This document shows positions 21,701 to 31,330 of a stretch of DNA of 64,000 nt, in pieces. Within the stretch, counting starts at the first letter, position 1. Every line of letters begins with the position of its first letter. The stretch spans positions 1 to 64,000 of the forward strand of contig CAVWIH010000025.1 in NCBI GenBank assembly GCA_963755025.1, written 5' to 3'. The notes under the pieces are model-generated. The model made no database searches. It saw only the letters and a list, made by a program, of their open reading frames with translations, and had not been told where the DNA came from. The DNA comes from an uncultured Actinomycetes bacterium. Its GTDB lineage: Bacteria > Actinomycetota > Thermoleophilia > UBA2241. Both the position numbers and the translations under genes were made by a program.

Positions 21701-21936
21701 CGCCGCAGCCCGTCACGGGTCTCACCGTGTCGGCCACCGCCGCGGCGCCCGTCACCATAGCGGCGGGCGGCAACGCCCTGATCCACGCCACCCTTGACGT
21801 GCCCGCCGACGCGCAGGTGGGCAGCACCATCACCGGCACGCTCAACTTCTACACGGTCGGCGACGGCACGGAGGCCGAGGGCGGCGACCATCTCGGTTCG
21901 GTGCCGGTCACGATCACGGTGGTCGCGCCGGGCTGA
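18746..21936 (+). CDS. Secreted S8 subtilase with C-terminal PPC/beta-sandwich domains, frameshift near 21355
   Basis: Signal peptide and catalytic triad LDTGTD / DGHGT / GTSMACP. The C-terminus continues in ORF 21469-21936. Confidence 0.92.
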
Positions 21937-21948
21937 CCGACGCTCGCG

Positions 21949-22545
21949 CTACATGCGCAGGCTGATGTCGAGGTAGGCCATGGCGGCATCGAACTGCCCG
22001 ATGAAGTCGGCGACCTTCTCGCCGGGCGGAGCGGTCAGCCACACGGCGATACCCGCCCCCAGCACGGCGCCGGCGAAGGCGCGCACCTCGAGGTCGTCGG
22101 GCGAGCGCCCGACCCGGGCGCCCAGCGCTTCGGCGAACCCGCGGAACGTGTTCGCCAGGTCGTCGAGCATGCGGGCGCGCAGTTCGGGCACGCCCAGCAC
22201 CAGCTCCTGGCGTTCGTACTCGAAGGCCAGCTCCTCGGGCGTGAGCGCGCCAAAGACGGCGGCCATAGAGGCGCGCAGCGCCTGGATGGGGCTGAGCTCG
22301 GCCGGCTGCTCGGCGAACGAGGCGAACAGCAGCGGGTCGAGGGCGTCGTGAATGACCACGTCCTCTTTGGTGGGAAAGTAGCGAAAGTAGGTGCTCGGCG
22401 AGACGTCGGCGGCCGCGGCGATCTGCTCGACGGTCGTGCCCTCGTAGCCCTGCGCGCGAAACAGTCGCAGGGCGGCCTCCTGGATGGCCTGGTGCGTCTT
22501 GGCCTTCTTGCGTTCGCGCAGTCCGGACAAGCCGGCCACCTCCAT
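21949..22545 (-). CDS. TetR-family regulator (MftR-like C-terminus)
   Basis: GLRERKKAKT...TTVEQIAAAADVSPSTYFRYFPTKED. Confidence 0.93.
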   Translation of the reverse strand: MEVAGLSGLRERKKAKTHQAIQEAALRLFRAQGYEGTTVEQIAAAADVSPSTYFRYFPTKEDVVIHDALDPLLFASFAEQPAELSPIQALRASMAAVFGALTPEELAFEYERQELVLGVPELRARMLDDLANTFRGFAEALGARVGRSPDDLEVRAFAGAVLGAGIAVWLTAPPGEKVADFIGQFDAAMAYLDISLRM

Positions 22546-22551
22546 ATCAGC

Positions 22552-24186
22552 TCACCGCCCACCGAGCGACGGTCGTGCTGATTCTGCACCCTGGCCACGG
22601 CTTACCGCAACGGCGCCGCTCCGGCCGGGCGCGGCCGCGTCGGTGACGTCGCGGGCCTCCTCGGCTATCTCGACCGGCTCGGAGCGGCGCGGCAAGAAGG
22701 CGAGGGTCAGCACGATGCCGGCCACGGCGATGCCGCCGCAGACCGCGAGCATGATGTCCATGCCGTGCACAAAGGCGGAGCGCACCAGGGCGAACAGGGC
22801 CGCCGAACCGATCTGATGGGCCACGGCGACGCCTTCTGACACGCTGTCGCGCACGGTGGCCGCCAGGGCGGTCGGCACCACGGCCGCGTGCAGCCCCGAG
22901 CGGTAGGCCGAGCTCAGCACCGAGCCGAGGATGGCCACGCCGAACGTGCCGCCGACCTGGCGCATGGCCATGATCAGGGCCGAGCCCACGCCGCTGCGCT
23001 CGGCCGAGAGCGCGCCCAGGGCGGCGTTCATGGCGCCGGGCAGGGCGAAGCCCAGGCCGGCGCCCATGATGGTCACCCACAGGGCGGCGTAGCCGTAACC
23101 GCTGCTCACCGTGGTGAGCGCGCCCATGAGCAGCCCCACGGCGATGAGCACGAACCCCAGGGCCACGGTGAGCTTGGCGCCCACCGGGCGGGCGAGCCGG
23201 TCGGCGAGCACGGCGCCGACCACCAGGCCGCCGATCATGGGCAGCAGCCGCACGCCGGCGCCCAGCGGGTTCACGCCGACGATCGCCTCGTAGTAGGTCG
23301 GCACCGTGAACAGCAGGCCGAACATGGCGAACGAGACCATGGTGGCGAGGATCGTGCCCCACGTGAAGCCGCTCGACGCAAACAGGGTGAGGTCGACCAG
23401 CGGGCGGCCGTGGCGGCGGCGCGGCACGATGCGCTCCCAGGCCACGAACCCGACGAGCACGAGGGCGCCGGCGACCATGTAGGCGATGTCCGCGGCCTGG
23501 CCCCAGCCCTTCTGGCCGGCCTCGATCAGGCCGTAGCTGAGCAACGTCAGGCCGGCGCTCGACAGCACCACACCGGTGTAGTCGATCGGCGCGCGGCGCG
23601 TGCTGCGCGACTCGGGCATGAGCAGGGCCACGGCGACCAGCGCGACAGCGATCACCGGCACGTTGATGAGGAACACCGAGCCCCACCAGAAGTGTGTGAG
23701 CAGCCAGCCGCCGAGGATCGGGCCGATGGGAAAGGCGATCATCGTCATGCCCATCACGATGGTGATGGCCCGCTGGCGCTCGTCTTCGGTGAACAGCACG
23801 GGGATCACCGCGATCGACAGCGGCAGGATGAAGGCGGCGCCCAGCCCGAGCAGGGCGCGGGCGGCGATCAACTGCCCCGCCGAGGCGGAGTAGGCGCAGG
23901 CCAGCGAGGCGACGCCGAACACCACGAGGGCGACGATCAGCAGGCGCTTGCGGCCAAAGCGATCGCCGAGCAGCCCCGCGGGCAGCAGCATGGCGGCAAA
24001 GACAAGGCTGTAGGAGACGACGAACCACTGCAGCGTGTCGCCGCTCGTGATGTGCAGCGAGACGGCCAGAGTGGGCAGCGCCAGGTTGAGGACGGTCAGG
24101 TCGAGACCGACGACGAGACTGCTCACGGCGAGGGCGCCGAGCGCCCACCAGCGCCGCCGGCCGGCGGCCATGGTCGAGGCATTCAT
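22552..24186 (-). CDS. DHA2-family MFS efflux transporter
   Basis: Intact 14-TMS pattern with LGDRFGRKR motif A, co-oriented with the tetR gene. Confidence 0.93.
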   Translation of the reverse strand: MNASTMAAGRRRWWALGALAVSSLVVGLDLTVLNLALPTLAVSLHITSGDTLQWFVVSYSLVFAAMLLPAGLLGDRFGRKRLLIVALVVFGVASLACAYSASAGQLIAARALLGLGAAFILPLSIAVIPVLFTEDERQRAITIVMGMTMIAFPIGPILGGWLLTHFWWGSVFLINVPVIAVALVAVALLMPESRSTRRAPIDYTGVVLSSAGLTLLSYGLIEAGQKGWGQAADIAYMVAGALVLVGFVAWERIVPRRRHGRPLVDLTLFASSGFTWGTILATMVSFAMFGLLFTVPTYYEAIVGVNPLGAGVRLLPMIGGLVVGAVLADRLARPVGAKLTVALGFVLIAVGLLMGALTTVSSGYGYAALWVTIMGAGLGFALPGAMNAALGALSAERSGVGSALIMAMRQVGGTFGVAILGSVLSSAYRSGLHAAVVPTALAATVRDSVSEGVAVAHQIGSAALFALVRSAFVHGMDIMLAVCGGIAVAGIVLTLAFLPRRSEPVEIAEEARDVTDAAAPGRSGAVAVSRGQGAESARPSLGGR

Positions 24187-24198
24187 GACAGAGACGAC

Positions 24199-24252
24199 CT
24201 TTCAGTAGTTACCATCTACTGAAAGTCTCTCTCACTTTAGGGTGACTGTCAA
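24199..24252 (-). promoter_or_regulatory. Promoter and inverted repeat (probable TetR operator) of the MFS-tetR operon
   Basis: Perfect inverted repeat CTTTCAGTAG-N7-CTACTGAAAG at 24199-24225. The minus strand reads TTGACA-N17-GAGACT. Confidence 0.6.
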
Positions 24253-24547
24253 ACCTCGTCGGTCGGGGCTGCGCGCAGATCGGGCGCAGGGGGGCGCGGA
24301 ACCGGCGCAGGGGGGCGCGGATCGGCGAGGGGCGCCGATCGGGCGCAGCGGGGCTTCGCTCAGGCACAGAGGTGTCTCGATCGGGCGCAGCGGGTTCGCC
24401 AGGCGCGGCTGGGGCCGCTGGTGCGACCCTCGCTATGTCGATGCTGCCGCACTGCGGGCACATCTCTTCGCCGATGCGCGCGTTGATCCCGCGAAACGTG
24501 CGGCCACATTCGTGACAGACGAGCCTGTCGTCGGTCATGGCCAGCAT
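24209..24547 (-). CDS. Small zinc-ribbon protein (FmdB-like), 3' end uncertain
   Basis: CHECG...CPQCGS followed by a low-complexity Pro/Ala tail. RBS GAGGAG. Confidence 0.55.
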   Translation of the reverse strand: MLAMTDDRLVCHECGRTFRGINARIGEEMCPQCGSIDIARVAPAAPAAPGEPAAPDRDTSVPERSPAAPDRRPSPIRAPLRRFRAPLRPICAQPRPTRFDSHPKVRETFSRW

Positions 24548-24671
24548 CTCCTCGTCGACGATCCCATTGTAGGACCTCGGCAGGCCGCGTGCAGCCGCCG
24601 GCGGCGGCACGCGCCGCTCCGTCAGGGCTGTACCGCGGCGGCGAAGCCCGTGGGGCGCCCGGGGCAGGTCG

Positions 24672-26213
24672 TCAGGCCCGCACCCGCAGCGTGTTGCGCG
24701 CCTGCACCGCCTGCGCATTGCCGGCGGCATCGACGGCGGCGACCGCGAACCGGTAGGTGCCCGCCGGCAGCGTGCAGGTGAAGGCGCACGACAGCGTGGT
24801 GTCGACCTTCACCCCTCTCACGACGAGCTTGCGCACGAGCGCACCGCCGGCGTTGCGCACCCTGATGGTGACGGTCGCGGTGGGCGCGCCGGGGCGCCGG
24901 TCGGCTATGCGGAAGCGCAGCGTGGCGCGCGCCCCCCGCGTGGCGCTCGCCGGCCAGTCGGCGATGGGCGCGGGCCGGCTCGTGTCGATGCCCACCAGCC
25001 CGCGGCGCGCGGGCCCTACGTTGCCCGCGTTGTCGGTCGCCCGGTAAAGGAAGGAGTGCAGGCCGTCCCTGCTGTGGTCGGCGGGCGCCGCGACCACGAA
25101 CGACGAGCCCGTCTTCCACGTCGCGCCGCCGTTGAACGAGTAGGCGAGCGAGGCGACGCCCGAACCGCTCGCCGGGTCGACGGCGTGCAGCGTGACGCGC
25201 GCCGCGCTGCGGTGCCAGCCGCCGCCGGCGGCGGTGGCCACCGGGGGTCGCGTGTCGGACCAGCCGCCGCGCGCCGTGGTGAGCATGGCGCCGGCCACGC
25301 CCGACACGAAGCCGTGCAGCGCGTCGGGGAACGCCACCGAGGCCAGAGCCTCGCTGCCCACGGTGGTCGGCTGCGCGCGCCAGGTGAGCCCGCCGTTGGT
25401 CGTCGCCAGCAGCACGCCGTCGTCGCCGACCGCCCAGCCGTGGCGGCTGTCGGCGAAGCTCACCGTGTACAGGTCGGGAGCCTTGGCGACCGCGCGGCGC
25501 ACGATCGTCCAGTGCGCGCCGCCGTCGGTGGTGGCGAGAATGACGCCCTCTTCGCCGACCGCCCAGGCGTGCAGCGCTCCGCTGCTGGCCACGCCGTTCA
25601 GGTAGTCGCCGGTGTGCGCCTGCTGCGTGGTCCAGGTGGCGCCGCCGTCGGTGGTGGCGACGATGCGTCCGACGTCGCCCACCGCCCAGCCGTGGCTTGC
25701 GTCGGCGAAGCTCACGCTGTAGAGGTCGGTGGTGGTCGGCGAGGTCTGCGCGAGCCAGGTCGCGCCGCCGTCGGTGGTCGCTACGATCATGCCGCCCGCG
25801 CCGACCGCCCAGACGTCGGCGTCGTGGCTCGCCACGCCGACCAGGGGCGCGGTCGTGGCGGGCGCCGTCTGTGGCGTCCAGTGGGCGCCGCCGTCGGTGG
25901 TGGCCACGATCGTGCCGGCGTCGCCCACGGCCCAGCCGTCGGCCGTGTCGGAGAACGCCACGCAGTACAGCTGGCTGGTGGTGCCGGGGTCCTGCGAGCT
26001 CCAGGTAGCGCCGCCGTTGCTCGTGGTCACGATGCTCGGCGCGGGCCCGACCGCCCAGGCGTGGCCGGCGTCGGGCGCCGCCACCGACAGCAGCGGACCG
26101 AAGTTCAGGTGGTGGGCCGTCCAGCCCGCGGCCGACGCCGAGTCGGCCTGGGCGGCGGCGCCGAACAGGCCCATCGACGCGACGACGACAGCAAGGACCA
26201 GCGCGCGCTTCAT
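24672..26213 (-). CDS. Secreted YCF48/BNR-repeat beta-propeller protein with C-terminal Ig-like module
   Basis: Signal peptide and repeated GWAVGDxGxIxATTDGGxxW units. Confidence 0.88.
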   Translation of the reverse strand: MKRALVLAVVVASMGLFGAAAQADSASAAGWTAHHLNFGPLLSVAAPDAGHAWAVGPAPSIVTTSNGGATWSSQDPGTTSQLYCVAFSDTADGWAVGDAGTIVATTDGGAHWTPQTAPATTAPLVGVASHDADVWAVGAGGMIVATTDGGATWLAQTSPTTTDLYSVSFADASHGWAVGDVGRIVATTDGGATWTTQQAHTGDYLNGVASSGALHAWAVGEEGVILATTDGGAHWTIVRRAVAKAPDLYTVSFADSRHGWAVGDDGVLLATTNGGLTWRAQPTTVGSEALASVAFPDALHGFVSGVAGAMLTTARGGWSDTRPPVATAAGGGWHRSAARVTLHAVDPASGSGVASLAYSFNGGATWKTGSSFVVAAPADHSRDGLHSFLYRATDNAGNVGPARRGLVGIDTSRPAPIADWPASATRGARATLRFRIADRRPGAPTATVTIRVRNAGGALVRKLVVRGVKVDTTLSCAFTCTLPAGTYRFAVAAVDAAGNAQAVQARNTLRVRA

Positions 26214-26292
26214 CGACTCTCCTTGTCAGGGCGGTCGGCCGACCGCGTTCTGCTGGCTTCGACGCTCACCCGGCTGCGTCCTTGTCGTAGAC

Positions 26293-26362
26293 ACCGTTGT
26301 CGCGACGGCGCTCTCGCGGCAGCATTCTCGCGCCAGCGCTCTCGCGGCACCGTTCTCGTCAC
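26293..26362. repeat. Five degenerate 14-bp tandem repeats in the intergenic leader
   Basis: accgttgtcgcgac / ggcgctctcgcggc / agcattctcgcgcc / agcgctctcgcggc / accgttctcgtcac. Confidence 0.7.
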
Positions 26363-26664
26363 GGCGGCTCCTGGGCGCACGGCAAGCCAAGACCCAGGCA
26401 GTCGCTCGCGTTTGCGCGCAGGCAGTCCCCCCGACTGCGCAACCCCAGCGTACCACGCCGACCCCGGGAAAGAGGAGCCGCCCGGCCTGCGCCAACGCGG
26501 TTTCCGCCCGCGACCGGGGGGAATTGCTAGGCGTGCATGGCCTCGAAAGGGAGGCCGCCGGCAGCATGCCCGCCACCGTGGCGGGAGCCCAGTCCGTCGT
26601 GTGCGCCGCGCACCCGCGGCGACGTGGTCCCGGCAAGGGCGCACCGGTCGGGAAGGAGAACACG

Positions 26665-27081
26665 ATGGGCTTGACGATCGTTGTGGGGTACGACGGTTCG
26701 GAGTGCGCCAAGGCGGCCCTCGATCAGGCGCTCAGCCTTGCCGGCGCGGCCGGCAAGGTCTACATCACCTATGCCGACGCGCCGCCGCGCATAGGCGCCT
26801 CGTCGCTGGTGCCCCCGGAAACGGTCCTGGAGCTCGGCCGCAAGCTCACGGCCGACGCCCTCGCCATCGCCCAGAAGCGCGGCGTGCCGGCCGAGGTGGT
26901 GCTCGAACGCGAACGTCCCTCCGAGGCGCTGATCAACGTCGCGGCGCGCACCAAAGCCGACATCATCGCCGTCGGCACCCGGGGCGAGTCGCAGCTCACG
27001 GGTCTGCTGCTCGGCTCGACCCCGTACCACCTGGTGCACCGCGCCACCGTGCCGCTGCTGGTCGTGCCGCTGGCCGCCTGA
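26665..27081 (+). CDS. Universal stress protein
   Basis: RBS AAGGAG. IVVGYDGSECAKAAL...IIAVGTRG...LLGST...VPLLVVP. Confidence 0.92.
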   Translation: MGLTIVVGYDGSECAKAALDQALSLAGAAGKVYITYADAPPRIGASSLVPPETVLELGRKLTADALAIAQKRGVPAEVVLERERPSEALINVAARTKADIIAVGTRGESQLTGLLLGSTPYHLVHRATVPLLVVPLAA

Positions 27082-27277
27082 CCGGCGGCCCGGCGCGGGC
27101 CGGGCTCCGAAGCCCGTGCACTCGCCGCGCGGCCGGCACGAAGACCGCGCGGCCGGCGCGAACCCGTCGCGGCCCGGTGTGCACTCGCCGCGCGACCGGC
27201 GCGAACCCGTCGCGGGCCCGCGGCGTCTCCCTTGCCAGGACTGAAGAGACTCGCAGGAGTCGGGCAAGGGAGGCACC

Positions 27278-28556
27278 GTGCGCCGCATCGTCGTCATCGC
27301 CGTCTCGCTGGTCGCGGTGTGCGCCGCCGCGGCCGTCGTGCTGCTCGCGAGCCACCACACCACGGCGGCGGCCGCCGCCGCGCCGCTGAACCCGGTCCGC
27401 GGCCGGCCCGCGCAGCTCGCCGACGCCGGGCTGCTGGCCGCGCCGCTCGACCGCTTTGGGCTCGACCTGCTGGCCCGCGAGGCGCACGACAACCCCGGCG
27501 GCAACGTCGTCATCTCGCCGCTGTCCATAGGCGACGTGCTCGCCATGATCATGAACGGCGCCCAGGGCCGCACGGCGGCCGAGATGCGCCGTACGCTCGG
27601 CCTCGAGGGCCTGAGCCTGCCCGCGACAGACCAGGCCTGGGCCGACCTCATCGCCGCGGCGCAAGCCGGACGGCGGCCGGCGGTGCAGATCGCCGACTCG
27701 CTGTGGCTGCGCAGCGGCGTGGCCTTTGCGCCCGACTTTCTGGCCGCCGGCCGCGACTACTTCGCCGCCGCCACGCTGCCGCTGCCCACCGACCCCGGCA
27801 GGGCCGCCGACGCCGTCAACGGCTGGGTCGACACGCGCACAGCGGGCCTGATCAAGCAGATCGTGCAACCCGGCGACTTCAGCGACGCCACCATTCTGAC
27901 AGTGGTCAACACGATCCACGTGAAGGCCGCCTGGGCGACCCCGTTCGACGCCGGCCAGACGGCTTCGCGGCCCTTCACGCTGGCCGGCGGGACCGTGGTG
28001 CAGGTGCCGACCATGAGCGGCCCCGTCACCGCGCCCGTGGCCCAGACGAGCGCCTACGACGCCGTGGCGCTCGCCACCAGGGGGCCGGTGACCGCCTGGG
28101 TGGTCGTGCCGCGCGCCGGGCAGACGCCCGAGTCGCTGGTCGCGCTGCTCGCCGCCCGCGGCCTCGATTCGCTGTACGGCGCCGCGCGCCCGGCGTCGGT
28201 CATGCTCGAGCTGCCGCGCCTGCACACCACCTTCTCGGCAGCCCGATCTGAAGACGCAGCTGCAGGCCATGGGCATGGTGTCGGCCTTCTCGCCGCAGAC
28301 CGCGGAGCTGCAGGGCATCGTCGCGCCCGGCGCGCCGGGCCGCGTCTACATCGAGCGTGTCGTGCACAAGGCCGTGCTCAACGTCGCCGAGGGCGGCGTC
28401 GAGGCGGCGGCCGCGACGGCCGGCATCGTCGGCCTCTCGGCCGCGCCGTACGCGCCGCTCACGATCAGCGCCGACCACCCTTACCTGCTGCTGCTCACCG
28501 ACAAGCGCACCGCGGCGCCGCTGTTCCTGGCGCTGGTCAGGGACCCGCGGGCGTAG
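27278..28556 (+). CDS. Secreted serpin (I4), frameshift near 28240
   Basis: NVVISPLSI, VNGWVDTRTAGLIK, VNTIHVKAAW, QVPTM, hinge VAEGGVEAAAAT, and ADHPYLL...LFLALVRDP. Confidence 0.92.
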
Positions 28557-28588
28557 CGGCGCCGCGCGAGCGGCGGGCCACGAACGGC

Positions 28589-28626
28589 GCGGGGGCCGGG
28601 ACGAGCAAGCTCGTCCCGGCCCCCGC
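28589..28626. terminator. Long perfect hairpin between convergent genes
   Basis: GCGGGGGCCGGGACGAGC-AA-GCTCGTCCCGGCCCCCGC, an 18-bp inverted repeat. Confidence 0.75.
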
Positions 28627-28674
28627 TTCAGGCCAGTGGTTCGTCAGGCGCCCGCTGGGCGCCTCAGTGTCTGG

Positions 28675-29997
28675 TCAGTGGACCGTCACCTTGATGACCG
28701 AGGTGAAGGCCCAGAAGGCGTAGCCCTTGTACTTGACCACGTAGTAGGTGGTGCGCTTGGGGTGCAGCAGGGCGCTCGCGAACTTGTGCGAGGAGACCTT
28801 GCAGGTGCCCAGCTTGGTCCAGCCCTTGGCCGTCAGGGTGTCGGGCTGGCTGGAGACCTTGTGGATGGTCCCGTAGATGGTGGCCGTACCGGCCCCGGCG
28901 GGCAGCATGCCGCTCAAGCGGACGGTGTGGCCGTGACGAATCGTGCTGGCCGAAGGCTTGAACGTGCAGACCTGGTAGTAGTCCCACATGCCTACGAGGC
29001 TGTCGGTAAAGTCGGCGCGGTAGGTGTCGATCTCGGCGACATCGATGGGCGCGTTGGTCGCGAGCTTCAGCGGCACCGTGAAGGTGCTGCCGGTCGAGAC
29101 CGGTGCGTTCGGGCCGTAGTCATGCGAAGAGGTGTCGTACCAAGCAACGAACTGCGGCCGGTAGGTCGCCGGCCAGTTGCTGAGCACCATCTTGACCGTC
29201 GAGCCCGGCTTGCCCGAGTGCTGGCAGAGCGGACCCGCGAGCGACGCACGCAGTGCCTTGCTCCAGTCGAGGCTGACAGCAGGCGCGGTCGCGCCGGCGG
29301 CCACGGTGACGGGCGTCGTTGTCGTCCATTCCGCCTGCGCCGTGGAAGCGCCGATCGAGTTGTAGCCGATCGCGATGAGGTCGTCGAAGTCGGTCATGGG
29401 CAGGATGCTCGCGTTGCCAGTGCCTGAGACGAGGGATACGTCGGCCTGCGCATACCCCACTGTGGCGCTGCCGGCCTTTATCTCGGCCAGCGAGCCGGGT
29501 GCGTTGGTGATGGTCACGGCGACCTGGGCCGGCTTCATGTCGTAGCTATACGACGAGTTGTCGTTGTTCGCCGAGAAGTCGAGGCCGTACGCTTCCATCT
29601 GCTCGAGACCGGGCTGCGACGGATTGTAGTAGATGTGCAGGTCGTCGGACGGCTGACCGTTGAACGTATGCCCGCCTGCGATGTCCGAGAAGGAGAACAG
29701 GCCCGTTGCATCAGTTCCGGGCTCGGTGTTCGAGCCGCCATACGTGTAGTCCGCGTTGCTGTCCCACCAGCCCCAATCGACCTCGGCGCCAGAGATCCCT
29801 GTGCCGGCAAAGTCCTGCACGTGACCGGTGATCGAGTACGGCCCTGTGACCACTGGAGCAAATCTCACACCCGCCGCAGGCGCACGTCGCGGGCCCATGG
29901 GGGCGAAGTGTTTGACCCCGGTCGACGCCAGCGCGCCCGGCGCCAGTATCAGTCCGATGGCAAGCACGGCAAACGCGCACAGCGCAATACGTTTCAT
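28675..29997 (-). CDS. Secreted beta-rich hypothetical protein (carboxypeptidase-regulatory/Ig-like domains)
   Basis: Signal peptide, SITGHVQD...GISGAEV...TDATGLFSF, and a basic C-terminal domain ending VIKVTVH. Confidence 0.75.
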   Translation of the reverse strand: MKRIALCAFAVLAIGLILAPGALASTGVKHFAPMGPRRAPAAGVRFAPVVTGPYSITGHVQDFAGTGISGAEVDWGWWDSNADYTYGGSNTEPGTDATGLFSFSDIAGGHTFNGQPSDDLHIYYNPSQPGLEQMEAYGLDFSANNDNSSYSYDMKPAQVAVTITNAPGSLAEIKAGSATVGYAQADVSLVSGTGNASILPMTDFDDLIAIGYNSIGASTAQAEWTTTTPVTVAAGATAPAVSLDWSKALRASLAGPLCQHSGKPGSTVKMVLSNWPATYRPQFVAWYDTSSHDYGPNAPVSTGSTFTVPLKLATNAPIDVAEIDTYRADFTDSLVGMWDYYQVCTFKPSASTIRHGHTVRLSGMLPAGAGTATIYGTIHKVSSQPDTLTAKGWTKLGTCKVSSHKFASALLHPKRTTYYVVKYKGYAFWAFTSVIKVTVH

Positions 29998-30136
29998 GGA
30001 CCCCTCCTGCACGGTTTGTGGCGCGCCGACAGCCGAGCCCGCGCGACCCCTCTGGCCCTCATACTAGACCTCACCGCAAGCAGCGCAAGCGCCGCGACGG
30101 CAAATCCGTTGCCAGGGTCGGCCGCCCGGCGCCGCC

Positions 30137-31330
30137 TTATTCGTACCGCAGCGCGGTGGTCGGTTCGACCGAGGCGGCCTGCACGGCCGGGCCGATGCCG
30201 GCCAGGATGCCGACGGCGCCGGCCACCACCAGGGCGAGGCTCACGGTGGCCGCCGAGAAGACCGGCGAGACGCTCAGGGCGGAGCCGCCGACGTAGGCGC
30301 CCCCTATGCCCAGCGCCAGCCCCAGGATGCCGCCGATCACGCTGATCACGATGGCGTACACCAGGAACTGCACGACGATGTGGCGCCGCGTCGCCCCCAC
30401 GGCGCGCCGCACGCCAATCTCGCGGGTGCGCTCGCGCACGGTGACGAGCATGACGTTGGCCACACCGATGCCGCCCACGACCAGGCTGATGGCGGCGATC
30501 GCCGCCATGAGGCGCGTGAGGGTCTTGGTGCTCGACGACACGGCCGACGCGATCGAGCTTGCGTTGACGATCTGGAAGTCGTTCTGCTCGCTCCCCGTCA
30601 GGTCGTGCTGGGTGCGCAGGGTCGACTGCACCGCGGCCTGGAACGTGTTCACGGCCGACGGCTCGGCCTGCACGCGGATCTGGGAGATGTCGGGGCGAAA
30701 GGCGACGAGCTGGCCTTCGATCGCGCCCACCGGCACAAGCACGCTCGAGTCGACCGAAGCGAAGCCGACGCCGCCCTGCGCGGCCAGCACGCCGATCACG
30801 CGAAACTGCACGCCGCCCAGGTCGACGACCTGCCCCACGGCGCGCAGCGGCGACACGTTCAGGTCGCTGGCCACCGTGTTGCCGAGCACGGCGACCGGCA
30901 GCGCGTGGCCGGCGTCGAAGCTGCTGAAGAAGGTGCCGGCCTCGACGGTGAGGTGGTCGATGCTCGTGATCTGCGGCGAGGTGCCGCTGATCGTCTCGGT
31001 CGCGCTGCTGGAGCCGAGCGTGACGGCGGCGTTGGTGTTCACCGAGGTGACCGTCGCTTTGACGCCGGGAGTGGCGTCGATGGCGGCCACGTCGCTGGCG
31101 CTCAGAGGTACGGCACTGCTCACGAAGGGACTGTTCTCGACGGTGATGGTGTCGGTGCCGAAGGCGTTGAAGCGGTTCTCGACCGCGCGGGTCGAGCCGC
31201 TGCCGATCGAGGTGAGCGCGACCACCGCGGCGATGCCGATGACGATGCCGAGGATGGTGAGCACGGCGCGCAGCGGATTGGCGCGCAGGCTGGCCAGCGC
31301 CATGCGCAGCGATTCGAGGGCGACGATCAT
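30137..31330 (-). CDS. MacB/FtsX-family ABC permease
   Basis: RAVLTILGIVIGIAAVV...SLVVGGIGVANVMLVTVRERTREIGVRRAVGA...ALRYE. Confidence 0.93.
   Translation of the reverse strand: MIVALESLRMALASLRANPLRAVLTILGIVIGIAAVVALTSIGSGSTRAVENRFNAFGTDTITVENSPFVSSAVPLSASDVAAIDATPGVKATVTSVNTNAAVTLGSSSATETISGTSPQITSIDHLTVEAGTFFSSFDAGHALPVAVLGNTVASDLNVSPLRAVGQVVDLGGVQFRVIGVLAAQGGVGFASVDSSVLVPVGAIEGQLVAFRPDISQIRVQAEPSAVNTFQAAVQSTLRTQHDLTGSEQNDFQIVNASSIASAVSSSTKTLTRLMAAIAAISLVVGGIGVANVMLVTVRERTREIGVRRAVGATRRHIVVQFLVYAIVISVIGGILGLALGIGGAYVGGSALSVSPVFSAATVSLALVVAGAVGILAGIGPAVQAASVEPTTALRYE

Noticed and set aside
25400-26060. Repeated gccgccgtcggtggtgg DNA units
   Set aside because: They simply encode the TTDGG BNR repeats of the propeller protein.
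26363-26440. Possible c-di-GMP-I riboswitch in the YCF48-like leader
   Set aside because: A GCAAAC and hairpins are present, but the GNRA/receptor P2-P3 arrangement could not be built.
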